From Leucoraja ocellata (taxonomy: Eukaryota): 64,000 nucleotides of DNA. Of this stretch, positions 1 through 13,087 are shown piece by piece (position 1 is the first letter of the stretch; every line of letters starts with the position of its first letter). Location of the stretch: assembly GCA_036785375.1 (NCBI GenBank), contig JAWMAR010000134.1, positions 1,984,001-2,048,000 of the forward strand, written 5' to 3'. The notes beneath the pieces are model-generated. The model worked only from the letters and a program-made list of their open reading frames with translations. It ran no database searches and was not told the DNA's origin. A program made the position numbers and the translations under genes.

Positions 1-534
1 CGTACCAAAAAAGGAATTAAGTCAGTTTTACTATATATGGGAAATGCCCATTGTGGCAATGGTACAAAGAATCCTGAGTACATTATTGTAGAATACTAAA
101 TTATTCAGGCTTGTTTCCAAAGCAGCCTTGCTTAAAACACACAGAGCAAACCCCAAAGCAAATATTTCCTTTGATGGGGAATGATAAAGGTTTCTAAATG
201 GCGAATGCAAAGTGATATGAATAAACTAAAATCTACCAAAGGGAACATCGTACAAGCATTTCATTGATTGTGTTCAGTGAATAATCACGACTTTGTCACA
301 GCGTGGTGCAAGCCAAGGCCTGGACTGGATTGTTGAATGTTTGCAACAATAAAAAGGAGTATTGTTAAGTGAAGTTGCTAGTAATTTGTACAATAAATCA
401 TTTATTTACGCATCATTCAGCATTGCTTATAATCTCAAACATATGACCTGGTGGACACTGGTGTTGAGGGCTTTCTGCATTGTTAGCAGTTGTAGATATT
501 AGCACGGTACATTGAACAAAATTTCTCTTTACAC

Positions 535-2000
535 AGGAACACATGAAATACGAGAAGGAATTGTTAAATTGGTCCCTCGAGTTTGCTCCATCATTCAACT
601 TCACTTTCTACCCCAAACACAATTTCTGTCATTTTCCCCATATCCCTCGATTCCTCTAATATCCAGAAATCTATTGATCTCAATTTTGAGTGCAATGATT
701 GAGCCTCCACAGACAACCAGGATAGAATTACAGAAATTCACCACTCTTTGAGTGAAGAAATGTCTCTGCATTACAGCCCTATGTGGCCCAACATTTATGT
801 TGACACTGTAACCATGTCTTCTATGAACTTTGTGCATTATGATGAGGTCACCTCTCATTATTCTAAACTCTAGAGAACAGTCTAGCCTACTCAATCCCTC
901 CTCATATGACAGACCTGTGATCCTAGGGATAAGTTTGATAAATATTCACAGCATTCACTTATGGCAAGTACATACATCTTTAGATAAGGAGATCAAAAAT
1001 ACATACATATTCCAGGTGTGGTCTCGCCAAAGTGCTGTATAACTCTAGTAAGCCAACCTTACTCTTGGACTCAAATCTTCCAGCAATAAAGACCAAGATA
1101 TTATTTGACTTCTTGGTTATCTGCGGAATTTGCATGTTACAAAGAGACATAGAAAATAGGTGCAGGAGTAGGCCATTCGGCCCTTCGTGCCTGCACCGCC
1201 ATTCAATATGATCATGGCTGATCATCCAACTCGGTATCCTGTACCTGCCTTTCGCTCCATACCCCCCGATACCTTTAGCCACAAGGGCCACATCTAACTC
1301 CCTCTTAAATATAGCCAATGAAATGGCCTCAACTACCCTCTGTGGCAGAGAATTCCAGAGATTCACCACTCTGTGTGACAAATGTTTTTTTCATCTCGGT
1401 CCTAAAAGATTTCCCCTTATCCTTAAACTGTTTCCCCCTTATCCTTAAAATGTTAGCTTTCAGTGACTTGTGTACAAGGACACCCAGATCGCTTTGAGTG
1501 TCAACATTTCCCAAACTCTTACCATTTAAAAAACACTAAGCATTTCTATTTTTTTTTTAATTAAGTGGATCACCTTACATTGCTCTCTCCAACTATCACA
1601 TCATTGCCCACTCACTTACCTTGTCCAAATATCCCTGCATTAACATCACCTCTCACCTGCCTACTAATTGTCATCAGGAAACTTGGAAATTTAAATTTGA
1701 TTCTTCAATCAGAAGTCAACATAAACTATTAACAGATGTGCTCCCTGCAGTGCTCCCCACATTTCCATGCCAACCTGAGAAACACCAGTTTATTCCTATT
1801 CTCTGATAATCATGTCTCAATCCACCCTAACACGCTCAACGTCAAATTCCGAAATTCCAAATATACCACATCCCTTGGCTTCCTGCATCCACTTTATTAG
1901 ATGCCTCCAGAACGGACCCCACACCACCTGCCACCTCCCCCGGACCACCCCACAATAATGCAGAATAGTAAATCCGGATTTCCCTTTCAGAAATCCAAAT
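535..2000 (-). mobile_element. Degenerate CR1-clade (HER1-like) LINE 3' region, with a younger CR1 3' end nested at ~1147-1450
   Basis: Minus ORFs 601-894 and 980-1381 give CR1 C-terminal motifs (FFTQRVVN, RVVNLWNSLPQRVVEA, LARPHLEY); two separate 3' tails visible. Confidence 0.85.
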
Positions 2001-2529
2001 GGTCATGTTCTTAATTACAAATTCCTCCTTGTTCCTCTACTGCCAATATCAGGCCAACAGGTTTAGGTTTTTGCAAAAATGCTGTTAAACCTGAAAAATA
2101 ATATGGCATTATTGAAAGAGAACAGAAAGTGCAATGCCCTGCCAAAATTCTTCCTATCACTGAAATTTTGCAAATGACAAAAATAGTCATCACTTATGTC
2201 TAGTCAATACTCCCTGTTGTTCAAATTAATCAATCATTGTGAATTACTTGTTTAAGATATTTTTTAAAGTGCGAGATAATACAGGTTTTTAAATACAAAA
2301 GAAGCCAAAGTTCATCTTTATGATAACCCCCTTCCCCTCCTGCTCCACCTGGAGCAACTGTTATACATACTAGTTAAATGGTGCAGGTACACGACTGTAC
2401 CGACCTTCATAGGGGTTTCATTTGGGACAAGGATTCAAGTTTGAAGTGGATCTGGCTCTAAGAGAAAATCTTTCCCTACACTTAACTAGTGACAAGTAAT
2501 GGAGAAACACAGCTGACAAATATTTTTCT

Positions 2530-2710
2530 CACAAAAGGACACAACGTGCTGGAGTACTACAGTAACTCAGCAGGTCTGGCAGCACTATGAAGAACATGGT
2601 TAGGTGATGTTTCAGGTTGAGATCCTTTTTCAGACGGATCTGCTGAGTTACTCCAGTACTTTGGCATCCCTTTGTGTATTAACCAGTCGCTGTAGTTCCT
2701 TGATTCTGCA
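2530..2710. mobile_element. Short Penelope-terminus (pLTR)-derived element, partly inverted
   Basis: gtaactcagcag ... ctgctgagttactccag inverted arms; degenerate hammerhead core on minus at ~2603-2635; similar to 27700-27832. Confidence 0.7.
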
Positions 2711-2999
2711 AGAAAGTTTCTCACATCCTCCTGTGAGCTAAATTTTAGGAGAAACGGATAGGATGCAAAATTGCGGAGGAGGATTCAAAATCCAACAATG
2801 ATTTGGCTGATAGAATCAGAAAAATCACAACATTAAAGAGAAGTAATTTGGCTAATCACGTCCACAGCCAGTTGAAAAAGAGCAGCCCAGGCTGTGGTCT
2901 AACTAGCGTTATATATTGTTCTGTCATCATAAAATGCTGCAATACTCAACTGGCCAGGCTTCATCTGTAGAAAAAATAAACAAAGTTAACATTTCAAAT

Positions 3000-3790
3000 T
3001 GAAGAACCTTCATCAGAAATAGGAAGGAGAAGAGCTACAACTAATTTCTTTGTTGACAGTTCTTAATTTGTGCCTTTGCAAATGGATTATGTTGGAGAAT
3101 TGATTCAATCATCTGTCTACCGCAGAAGTTAAACAATCGTGCCTGTAATGACTCAGTTTATCTCTTCCCCTTCTCGCTTAAACAACAGGCAAGGTTGGCA
3201 GTGTTCCAACCTTACAGCATGACTCCTGTTGCCAGGGAAGACTGAAAAATTATAGTCAGCACCTCCCCAATTTCCTCTCTTTTAACAGTCTGATAAACAC
3301 GTCTTCTCCATGCGCTCATCCATCCACTGGCAAAGCCTATAAGCCCATTATTATTTCCTTTCTTAATAGGGCACCCCACACTTCCTGTATGAATATCAAC
3401 ATCAGCATCATCCACGCCTGCTGTGAAGATTGCTGCACAACATTTATTAGAAATCTTGTGCACATCCTCGGCCTCGAAACAGGTTACTGTACAAACAAAG
3501 CAGTATTCAAATTATCAAGCTATTTTTCCCAACCTTCCTATGCCCCCCTGATCCCAAAAGATCAAACAGTGGAGTATGTTTCTTTTCAAAAGCTCATGGA
3601 ATGCCATCTGGTAACCACATGGGTCAGAATCTAGTGCTGGAAACATTCTGGGCTGTATTCATCATAACCAAAGCATTTGAAGAATACAAACAACAGCAAA
3701 TTCTCAGTTCAAATAGTCATCCCTTGCTTGATTATACACATTCACATCTGTTACACGAGCCTCGTTGTTTAAAATGGTTTTGTACTGTTT
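3000..3790 (-). mobile_element. Highly degenerate CR1 ORF2 fragment
   Basis: Minus ORF 3212-3463 contains EEIGEVLTIIFQSSLATGV, typical of CR1 upstream of the RT domain. Confidence 0.6.
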
Positions 3791-4284
3791 TCAAGTCATG
3801 CAACTGAAAAGGGAACAGATATTTGTTGTCTTGATGCACACCTTGCGGATGGTTAAAAGAATTTTGGGGCACCAGGAGTCACTTAACACAGGCTCCCCAG
3901 TCTTAGATCTTCTCTTGGGAATCTCATTTCTAGCTTATGGTGACAGACAGAATACGGTTGGGGGATTTAATAATACGAACACTATCAAATATCGAGGGTG
4001 GGTAATAATAACTAATTGTTTAGTACTACTGCGATGTGGGTTATTTGACACTTCTCAGCCCTTTTTGGATTTGTTGGCTAGGTCATTTGCACACAGGCAC
4101 GGACTATTTTATCTAACCAGATACGAGCAGACACAAGAGACAACAGATGCTGGAATGGAAATTTCTGTACTGACCTGGTTGTCCTGGGCCTACTACACTA
4201 CTAATGTACGGACACACACAAACTGGAAGAATAGCCTCGTATTCCATAACAAAAAGGAACTGATGATGAGGGTCTATACCAAAG

Positions 4285-4760
4285 ATTGACAAAAAATGCT
4301 GGAGTAACTCAGCAGGTCAGGACATATCTCTGGAGTAAATGGATAGCTGATGTTGGGACCCTTCTTCAGACTGATTGTAGTACGAAGAATGGGGGGGGGG
4401 GGGGGGATTGGAAGCAAAGAGGCAGGACAAATTATGGCCAGCAAACAGATGACCTCAGGTCAGGTAAGTTCCCCTATAGGCAGTTTGTTGGATAGAAACA
4501 GGCGAGAGCCCAAGAGGGATACGTATTTGGAAAAATGTGAAGCTAGTTAGTGAACATAGAGTGGAGGAGGTGCGTGGAGGAACTGGTGCAAGGTCAGCCA
4601 AGGTTCAGTGGGAGTGGGGAGAAAAAGTAAGGGGGGGGGAGAGAAAAAAAGGAGGGGGTGGGGGGGGGGGGGGGGGGTGGGGGAAAGGGTGGCGTTTGTA
4701 GAAGTTACCCTAAAATTGGAGAATTCAATGTTCATTCCATTGGGTTGTGCTGTGTGGTTA
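4285..4760 (-). mobile_element. Penelope-like element 3' fragment (endonuclease C-terminus plus pLTR)
   Basis: Minus ORF 4547-4780 has QPNGMNIEFSNF, matching HPGGMNIDFSQF of the intact PLE ORF; pLTR/hammerhead remnant near 4345-4375; older plus-strand PLE remnants flank it (4180-4250, 4780-4850). Confidence 0.75.
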
Positions 4761-5269
4761 TGATTGCTGTAGCTAACCAAGCCTCATATTCTCTTGGATA
4801 GCCTACAGCTCAACAACATGGACACCAAATTCTAAACCTTCAGGTAAACACCCTGACTCCTTCCCATCTCCCACCCACACATTTATTTGCTTCCAGTTCC
4901 CTGCTCTCATTGTCTACTTCCTTTCCTGTCCTCTATCCACTCATCACCCACCTCTCCATACTCCATTTATTGTCATGCACATCAGGGTGCAATGAAATTC
5001 CTTGCTCGCATGAAGCTCATAGATTAAACTGTAATGATAAAGACAACAATAAATTTGAATGCAAAACAGCAGAATGGTGCAAGATTATAGAATCTTTACC
5101 ATATTCCTTTGTAATTTGATCTGTTCCCAAAAGAACCAGCCCAACATCTCCAATCTATCCAAAAGGCTGAAACCCTTCATACTTGGAAACATTTCATAAA
5201 TAATTTCGGCATCTTCCCTAAAGTGTTCGTATCTTTTCTAAAGTAGCACCAGAACTGCACATATTACCC

Positions 5270-5395
5270 AAGTCCGAAGAAGGGTCCTGACCTGAAATAT
5301 CACCTATTCATTTCTCCAGAGGTACCACTGAGTTACTCCAGCATTTGTGTCTTTTTTTGGTAAACCAGCATCTGCAATTCCATGTATCCACATAC
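5270..5395 (+). mobile_element. Short pLTR-derived element with decayed hammerhead motif
   Basis: agtccgaagaagggtcctgacctgaaatatcacc...ctgagttactccagcattt...aaccagcatctgca. Confidence 0.7.
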
Positions 5396-5491
5396 CATCC
5401 CAGTGATTGCTCAACCCCTGGTACATAAAAGTTCACCATGACATCCATGTTGTTGTTTTCTACTCCTTTATTTATAAACCCCAGGATCACA

Positions 5492-6372
5492 AGATACAAG
5501 AGATACAAGATACATTTAATTGTCATTTGGACCCCTTGAGGTCCAAACGAAATGCCGTTTCTGCAGCCATACATTACAAACAAATAGACCCAAGACACAA
5601 CAACACAACATAATTTACATAAACATCCATCACATCATTGTGATGGAAGGCCAAAAACACTTATCTCTCCACTGCACTCTCCTCCCCCCCCCCCCCCCCC
5701 CCCCCCCCCGATGTCAGAGTCAAAGTCAAAGCCCCCGGCTGGCGATGGCGATTGTCCCGCGGCCATTAAAGCCACGCCAGGTGGTGCAAGGTCGCACACC
5801 GGGTCTAGTTGTTAGAGACCCCGGTGTGCGCTCACAGTGTCCCGCGGCCATTCCAAGCCGCGCGGGGCGGTGATGTTAGGCCCCAGGAGCTCTTCAACCC
5901 CGCAACTCGGGCGGGGGAAGTCGCCGTTGCGAGAGCCCTGAAAAGCGGTCTCCCTCCAGGGACCCGCGGGCTCCCGGTGCCGCCGTCCACAGACCTGCCG
6001 TTGGAGCCTCCGACTCTCCGGTAGCAGCAGCAGCAGCATCAGCGCTCCTCCACCGCTCCACCCGCTCCGGACTCGGCCAGCTCCGCGACGGTGAGGTGAG
6101 TCGGCACCAGAGTCCCCGGCTTCTTCCTGTTGGAGGCCGCTCCTCGTTGCGGCCCCAACGACAACGGAAACCCGACGAAAAAAGGTCGGGTCTCCAGTGC
6201 AGGGAGAGATTTTAAAAAAGTTTCCCCCCCCCCCCCCCCCCCCCCACCCCCCCCCCCCACACACACACCCCAACAAAAAATAACAAAAACTACATTAAAA
6301 CACAGACAAAAAATAATAAACCGCGGACAGACTGCAGAGGCCGCTGCTGACCAGAGTCGCGCCGCCCACCGA
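5492..6372 (-). mobile_element. GC/CpG-rich non-autonomous retroelement (SINE-like, Rex1-type 3' tail), near full length
   Basis: Reverse complement of 6150-6215 closely matches 25497-25565; 3' stem-loop, GACAATTAAA and short tandem tail at the left end; no credible ORF. Confidence 0.75.
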
Positions 6373-6499
6373 CACATTTCATTTTGTCAATCTGTCCTAA
6401 GGTTTTCCATGAAGTATGCTTGTATATAACCCTAGATTTATGTCTTTGCACGCCGTTAGCGCTGTGCTGTTTCTCATCCTTCCTTCCAACATGAAAAAC

Positions 6500-7500
6500 A
6501 TGACATTTGTGATCAGCCATGAATGGCGGTGCTGGCTCGAAGGGCTGAATGGCCTACTCCTGCGTCTATTGTCTATTTCTAATCTACCCACCCATTCCAC
6601 ATGTTTGCCTACATCTACACGAGATCTATTATTGAGTAGGCTTGAGATGAAGTGCTCATAAATGAGTTTAGTATAGACGATTGCTTTATGATCAGCCTCG
6701 ATCGAGTGGGCCAAAGATCCTTCTTCAAGCATTCATTACACCTTCAGATTTTTGGATCATCATCAAAGTTAGAAACTGAACAGACACCCAAGTTTAAGAT
6801 AAAAATAATGATCACAACCATGCATTTCTATCCCACCTCATAATAACCTTTCACGACTACTTGCTCTTTAGCTAATTAACTTTCCATGCTACTGTAGCTG
6901 CTTTTATTCCATAATCTTCAGTCTTGATGACACCTATTACATGACACCTGATCAAATGCTTTTAGAAGTTCACGTGCCACAATGCTCTCATTTTGCCTAT
7001 CCTCTACATCAAAGAACGATAGAATTTGCTGTTAACCAATCTCTACTTAGTTCCTCTAATCAACTTGTACATCGAAATGATCAATTTTGCCACCTTTTCT
7101 GAACATTTGCAATTTTCTATTCCCCATGTCCCACCCTAGCATCTTTGGAAGATTATGACGTCAGTCTGCAATTTCCTCCCTCACTAATCTGGGATGCATT
7201 GCAGTTGGGCCAGAATAAATGCCCACTTTAAGTGCACCCAGCCAATTCCCAAACTTCCTGTGTTCATTTTTTGTCTATCCTGAAATCTTAATTCATCTTC
7301 CTTTGCTGAAACTTTGCAGAATCATTCTCCTCATTGAAGACGGATGTAAACTATTCATTTAGTACCTGACCTCCATGAGTAGATTTAATTTTTTGTCTCA
7401 AATTGAACATCTTCTCCTGTTCACATGGCTCCAAAATATATTTGGCTTGTTATTTGTTTGCTGCCAGTCTTTTCACATACTCTCCCTTTACAACTGCAGC
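6500..7500 (-). mobile_element. Degenerate CR1 LINE fragments
   Basis: CR1-like 3' tail on plus at 6510-6580 (gaatggcctactcctg) followed by a decayed minus-strand RT-like region. Confidence 0.5.
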
Positions 7501-7891
7501 TTGCCTAATGTGCCCAGTTCCTATTCATAACATGGAACAGCATAGTGATTTGAGAGATCATGTTACTAAAGAAAGATGAAAAATCAGGGCAAGAGCAAAT
7601 GAACAATTTTGTCTTCAGTTTGGAGCTACAGCAGTACCACTTCTTGCTGAGTTCCATCTGTCTGAAAACCAACCTGAGACAAGGGAAACCCCATGTGAAA
7701 ATCTTGCAGTGGAATTTTCTCTGCCATTTACTTGCCTGGTAGCATTTCATCTAAGTTGTGTCAATACGGAACCCAAGACTGACAGGTTTTTGCTAGAGTT
7801 CCCTTCCTTAGTTTTCACCAAAAGCTCCAGCTGTAAAGAGAGCCATATTTTACCATCCAAATAGTAAGTTTTTGTTGTTTTATTATACACA

Positions 7892-7972
7892 TGATGGGTG
7901 GTCATAGATTACATGGGTGCATTTCTGACCATTGATGGGTGGTCACAGATTACATGGATGCATTTCTGACCA
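7892..7972. repeat. Tandem duplication of a 40-bp unit (2 copies)
   Basis: tgatgggtggtca(t/c)agattacatgg(g/a)tgcatttctgacca at 7892 and 7933. Confidence 0.9.
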
Positions 7973-8474
7973 AGTCATCAAAGGTAACATGGTTAGCAAC
8001 AGCACCCTCACAAAATAATGCAGTACAGATACTGTGGTCACGTCTTTAATATGATGAACATACATAAGCTAATAAATACAAACAAGGACATCAAAGTCTG
8101 TTACAAGTTCAAACCCAAAGTAACATGTTTTATAATGCGCCACAAAATACTAAGTACTGCAGAAAAGGGAAATTGTACTCATTTTATTTTATTAAATTCA
8201 CACTTGTTAAAATAAGCCAAACCATCTCAACTGAAAGATTTATTAAAACCCAGCTCTGCACAGCTAATCAAATTTCTAACCAAATATCTCTAGTGAGCAA
8301 GCAAGATCTTTTGATCTACCTTACTTTTGAAAACTCTCTGAATTGACCAAGTTTTGGAATGACTCTAAAGAACATCTGATTTTAAGGTCTATATTTGATT
8401 CTACTAAAAGGATCTCATGCCAAAGACAATGGTGGAGATCAAGGGATGTTCCAGTTTCCAGTATTGGACTTTTA

Positions 8475-8570
8475 AGATGGACACACAATGCTGGGGTAAC
8501 ACAGAGGGTCAGGCAGCATCTCTGGAGAAAGCAATAGGTGATATTTCAGGTCAAGACACTTCTTCAGAAA
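8475..8570 (-). mobile_element. Short pLTR-derived element
   Basis: aatgctggggtaac...ggcagcatctctggag...ggtgatatttcaggtcaagacacttcttcag. Confidence 0.7.
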
Positions 8571-9039
8571 ATGATTGAGAAATGATTGAGAAAATAATTA
8601 GTCTTCCAATTTCTAATATTTAAAATCTTAAGGAACAAGCCTTCACACCTATTATAGTTAACTTTGTCAGATATGTTTCTTAAGACTCGTCCGTTAAACA
8701 AATGGAAAGTATCAACCATCAGTGTCCGAAGCAAATTCAGAGTGTGTCTTTCATGCCACTACACTGATTTCACCCCATCCCATGCACTTCAATGTCAAAC
8801 TCTCTTGGTAAGATATTTGGAAAAGCATGGTCTAGCTGTGCTCAGTTCAGTTTATTGTTGCGTGTACTGAGGTACAGTGAAAAACTTTGAAATGAAGAGC
8901 TAGCCCCACCATTATTTTACATCTAAATTTGCACCCTTGTGCCAAATCATCTGTGAGCTTAGAGGGACACTTGTGTACAATGGCCAATAAGTATGCTGGC
9001 TGTAACCAATTTATGAAAGGTCCGTCTTGAGAAATCTCC

Positions 9040-9150
9040 AGAGGTTAAAGATGACTTGCTTTTATTCCAGCTCTGTTGATTCCGAGATGACTGTGGAGGT
9101 CAATGAGGGATCTGCAGCCTCTGCCACTAAGAGGCAGGAGGTGCCAAATG
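9040..9150 (-). mobile_element. RTE-clade LINE 3' remnant
   Basis: Minus translation SGRGCRSLIDLHSHL resembles the RTE C-terminal CxxCGRxCxSRIGLxSH motif. Confidence 0.45.
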
Positions 9151-9212
9151 GCATGTTGATGGTTTTGTAAGGTTTTATTTACCAGTTTTATGCAATAATA
9201 TTGCAATCTTAA

Positions 9213-9514
9213 TTTTAGTTTAGTTTAGAGATACAACGTGGAAACAGACCTTTAGGCCCACCAAGTCCGCACCGACCAACAATCTCCCGTACACAAGCTC
9301 TATCCAACACACTGGAAGCAATTTAGAGAAGGCAATTCACCAGCAAATCTGTACCTCTTTGGGATGTGGAAGGAAACCCATGACCAGCAAAAAAAACCCA
9401 CGTGGTCACAGGAAGAATGTACAAAATCCAGACAAGGGGCACCCATAGTCAAGATCGAACCGGATCTCTGGTGCTGCAAGGCAGCAACCCTTACACTGTG
9501 CCACTGTGCAGCCC
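9213..9514 (-). mobile_element. tRNA-derived SINE (HE1/V-SINE type), full length
   Basis: Minus strand starts gggctgcacagtggcacagtg (A box-like), ggttcgatc B box, V-domain-like gtgggttt...tttccttccaca, CR1-like tail ending in (ctaaa)n. Confidence 0.85.
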
Positions 9515-9654
9515 ATGGCAATGCTTTGAAATCTCACCTTTCTTTGCGTTGTCTAAAGCGCAGTTTAAGTACAAAATAATCCCAGGTTACAGATAAGCTC
9601 TGCCATTGTGGTCAGTTTTTTAATTAAAATTACCAAACCAAGGCAAACTAATAG

Positions 9655-9930
9655 ATTGATTGATTGATTCAGCATTGAAACAAACCCTTCAGCCCACAGA
9701 GAACATGCCGCCCATCAATCTACCGTTCACACTAGTTCTATGCTGTCCCACTTTCACATCGACTTCTTACACATCATGTGCAATTCAAAGAGGCTAATTA
9801 ACCTACAAACCCAAACGTCTTTGGGATGTGGGAGGAGACCCACGCAGTTACAGCGAGACGTGCAGACTTCACACAGACAGCTCAAGGTCAGGATCGAACT
9901 TGGGTGTCTGGCGCTGAGGTAGCAGCTCTA
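9655..9930 (-). mobile_element. tRNA-derived SINE (HE1/V-SINE type)
   Basis: Homologous to 9213-9514; B box agttcgatcc; (aatc)n tail. Confidence 0.8.
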
Positions 9931-10889
9931 AGTTTCAAATCAATTATCATACAGATAACTACTTTACATGAGACATTCCCTGTTAATATGAACTGAAAAC
10001 TGCTTAAGAAAATGTTAGCATTGCTATCCATCTAACTGCAAATTGAACAGCTTGTAACAGCTTGGAAATTAGAGGCTTTTATGATGCCCAAGAAATAACA
10101 CGTGGGAGAAATGGAAAGATGGAACTGCTGCCGCTACTCTGAAATAGTCAGCTAGCTTTAAAAAGTTATTTTTTAAATTGTCATCCTTCTTTTCCAAGTC
10201 TTTGGTGGTCCAAATCTGCAAACGTTAGTTCCTCCACCCATGCAACCCAAGAAGTCCATCCTGCTTCTATCCTGTCCTCTGGACCAGCGTTGCACCACTC
10301 TCAGTCTCAAGTTCTGGAATTCCCACCTAATATCGTCACCTCTTATTATTAAAACTCATTCCTTGCTCATATATTTAAGGCAATTCTGTGAAATGTCTTG
10401 AATTTTACCATGCTAAAAGACACTGGTATCCAATTTCAAAAAGTATCCAAGAACAAGCAAAAAAATAAAGACAATTTGAGAAAAGATGAAACTAGCAGAT
10501 TTATTGTTCTCTTCACTTTTGCCTTGAAACCAAGTTGGTTTCTACCAGACCAGTATCCGAGTTCAAAGACCTCAGACATTTCCTCAGTCATAAGTTTACA
10601 GAACAGAACTGTTATGCAATACATAAGAGACATTCCACAGAAACAGCTAGATTACTGAAAAACAATTAGTGGGAGTGAAGTATAGCTGCAGCTGCAGTTA
10701 TTTACAGAATTCACTTCCCTTTCCAAAAAAAAGAAACAACTGATTGCCATACATGAACCAGAGCTGCGTAAAGTATTTTGTGACGAATGTAGCATGGCAA
10801 GTTTGCACAATGTTTTTTATCATATGACTGGTAAACCAGTGAACATTAGGGAGAACCCATAGCTCTTTTCATTAGTACCTTTTATTAGT

Positions 10890-11300
10890 ACATATTGACC
10901 GTGCTGAAGTAGAGATGATTGTGAGCTTCAAGTTCCTCAGAGTAAATATCAACAGCAACTTGTCCTGGATAGCATATAAAATCAATTGCCAAGAAAGCAC
11001 ACCAATGCCTCAACTTCCTCAGGAGCTCAGGAAGTTAGGCATGTCCTCACCAATTTTTACAGAATGCATTTCATCAGGATGCTTCACAGCATGGTTTGGG
11101 AACAGCTCCATCCAAGATCACAAGAAATTGCAGAGTTGTGGATACAACCCAGACTATCTCGCTAACCAACCCCCCTTCTTTTGACTCCCTCTACACCTCG
11201 GCAAGACCGCCAGCATTATCAAGTCTCATCCCGGACACTCCCCCTTCTCCCCTCTCTAGACTAAACTGTGCGTACATTTATCGGGAAAGGCAACAAGAGC
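10890..11300 (+). mobile_element. Degenerate Rex1/Babar LINE 3' fragment
   Basis: SFKFLRVNINSNLSW and TAWFGNSSIQDHKKLQ match the Rex1 C-terminal region seen intact at 60768-61265. Confidence 0.7.
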
Positions 11301-11769
11301 TTCAATTTTAACCTATTCACAAGGAGCTGCAGATACTGGAATCTTGAGCAAAAAACAAAATGTTGGAGCGACTCAGCTGGTCAGGCAGCATCTCCGGAGA
11401 ACATGAAAAGTAACATTTTAGCTTTTGTTCCTCAATTTAAACAATAGTTTATTCCTTTGCTTATTTTTCCTGAATGAACAACTTCACCTATTCACACCTT
11501 GTACTTTATTTGCCACCTTTTTACCCAAACACTGCTTTCCTGTAAACTCCTGTACCTTCCTCAGAACTTGCCTTCCGACCCATTTTTGTGCCTTCCTTTA
11601 ATTTGGTTATTCAACATTTGTTTCCTTCTTCCAAGTTATAATATACATTTCCAGAATCATCACTGAACACTGTGATACCCCACCTGTTGCAAACCTGGAA
11701 ATGATCTCTTTATTCCAACATTTTGCCCATTAACCAATCCTTTATCCATGACTAACACAATGAACTTTT

Positions 11770-11975
11770 AGATAGGCACAAAATGCTGGAGTAATTCAGC
11801 GGGAAAGGCAACATCTCTGGAGAGAAGGAATGGGTGACGTTTTGGGTCGAGACCCTTCTTCCTGAACCGAAACGTCACCAATTCCTTCTCTCCAGAGATA
11901 CTGCCTGTCCCACTGAGTTATTCCAGCATTGGGTCTATCTTTGGTTTAAACCAGCATCTGCAGTTCTTTCCTACA
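11770..11975. mobile_element. Fold-back pLTR element (~90-bp inverted arms) with hammerhead remnants at the centre
   Basis: aatgctggagtaattcagcggg...ctctggagagaaggaatgggtgacgttt is inverted as aaacgtcaccaattccttctctccagag...ctgagttattccagcatt. Confidence 0.85.
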
Positions 11976-12070
11976 CAATGAACTTTCATCTTGCAACATA
12001 ATTGTTGGTAAGGCACCCTACTGAATGGAAGCCCAATGACAATATACTACTTTCACCTTTCATGTTCCAC

Positions 12071-12890
12071 TAGGGGCGCCGCATGATGGCAGCCTCTGCC
12101 TACAGTCAGTCTGTTTTATTATTTATTTTTAAATGTTAGTTTGTTTGGAGGATTTTGTTTCAGCATTTCTATGTGGAGGAGGGGAGGTAGGGTAAGGGGG
12201 AAACTGTTTCCCAGTCACCTCCTGGCGAGGATGCGACTATTCTCCGAGTCACGTCCTGGCCCCCCTCTCCACGGCCTACCAACTGGATTGGCACGGCATT
12301 TCCTTCCGGGGACCGGACCAGAGCTTCAGCAGCGGCGCAGCGCTGGATACATCGCGAGCGGGCGATGCCTTACCTGGGATCGCTGTTTGAAGCTCCGGAG
12401 TGTTGGGCCTTCTGCTTCAACATCGTGGAGCTGTGGTTTGCGAAGCTCCCAGCGTGGGCGGCACTGACCAACATCGCGGAGTCCTGGGATCCTTTGCTGA
12501 GGTTGAATCTCCACCCAGCTCGGCCTGTGGACTTTGGGAGCTGTGGTCTCTGGTAGGAAATGGCCGATTCAGAAGTCCAAGCCGCTGAGGATGTTCTTCC
12601 GTTCCGACGTCAGAGTTCCATCGTCCGGGCGAGAGGGCCTGAACGTCGGGACGCCCGTAGCGGCGACTGGGGAGGGCTCGGGAGGCCCCAACTACGGGTG
12701 AACATCAAAGAGGAGGATGACTGAACTTTGGTGCCTTCCCTCACAGTGGGAAACTTTGATACCGCTGTGTGGGGATGTTTATGTTATAGACTATAGCGTT
12801 CTGTGTTCTTTATTTTATTCGTATGGCTGAATGGTGACCACAAATTTCACTGTTATCAATTGGTGCATGTGACAATAAATGTCTGTCTCT
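12071..12890 (+). mobile_element. GC/CpG-rich non-autonomous retroelement (divergent subfamily, Rex1-type tail)
   Basis: Same layout as 5492-6372: GC head, T-rich tract, G-run + aaact, hairpin, GC body, gccttccctcacagtg, tail aatttcactg...tgacaataaa. Confidence 0.7.
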
Positions 12891-13087
12891 TGATTTCCTT
12901 TCCCTCTAAAACCCTGGCTAAGGCTTCCTCAATAATCGCTCATAAACTTGTCAGACACAATTTATTTTTCAAGTAGCCATGGTGACTTTGCTTGATTAGA
13001 TCATAATTTTCTTAAATGTGTCAAAAATACTTCCTTAATCTTTCCAATAACAGCTGTTAGGTGAATCAGCTTGCAGTTAAAAATAAC

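Noticed and set aside
3765-4289. 174-aa plus-strand ORF
   Set aside because: TTG start, no recognisable domain, and it runs across repeat debris
5520-6429. Overlapping 70-150-aa ORFs here, and similar ones at 12141-12588 and 25465-26118
   Set aside because: Stop-poor GC-rich repeat; reading frames are not conserved between copies
12071-12120. Possible HDV-like ribozyme at the 5' head of the GC-rich element
   Set aside because: Only a simple GGCAG/CTGCC hairpin is present; the nested double pseudoknot could not be built
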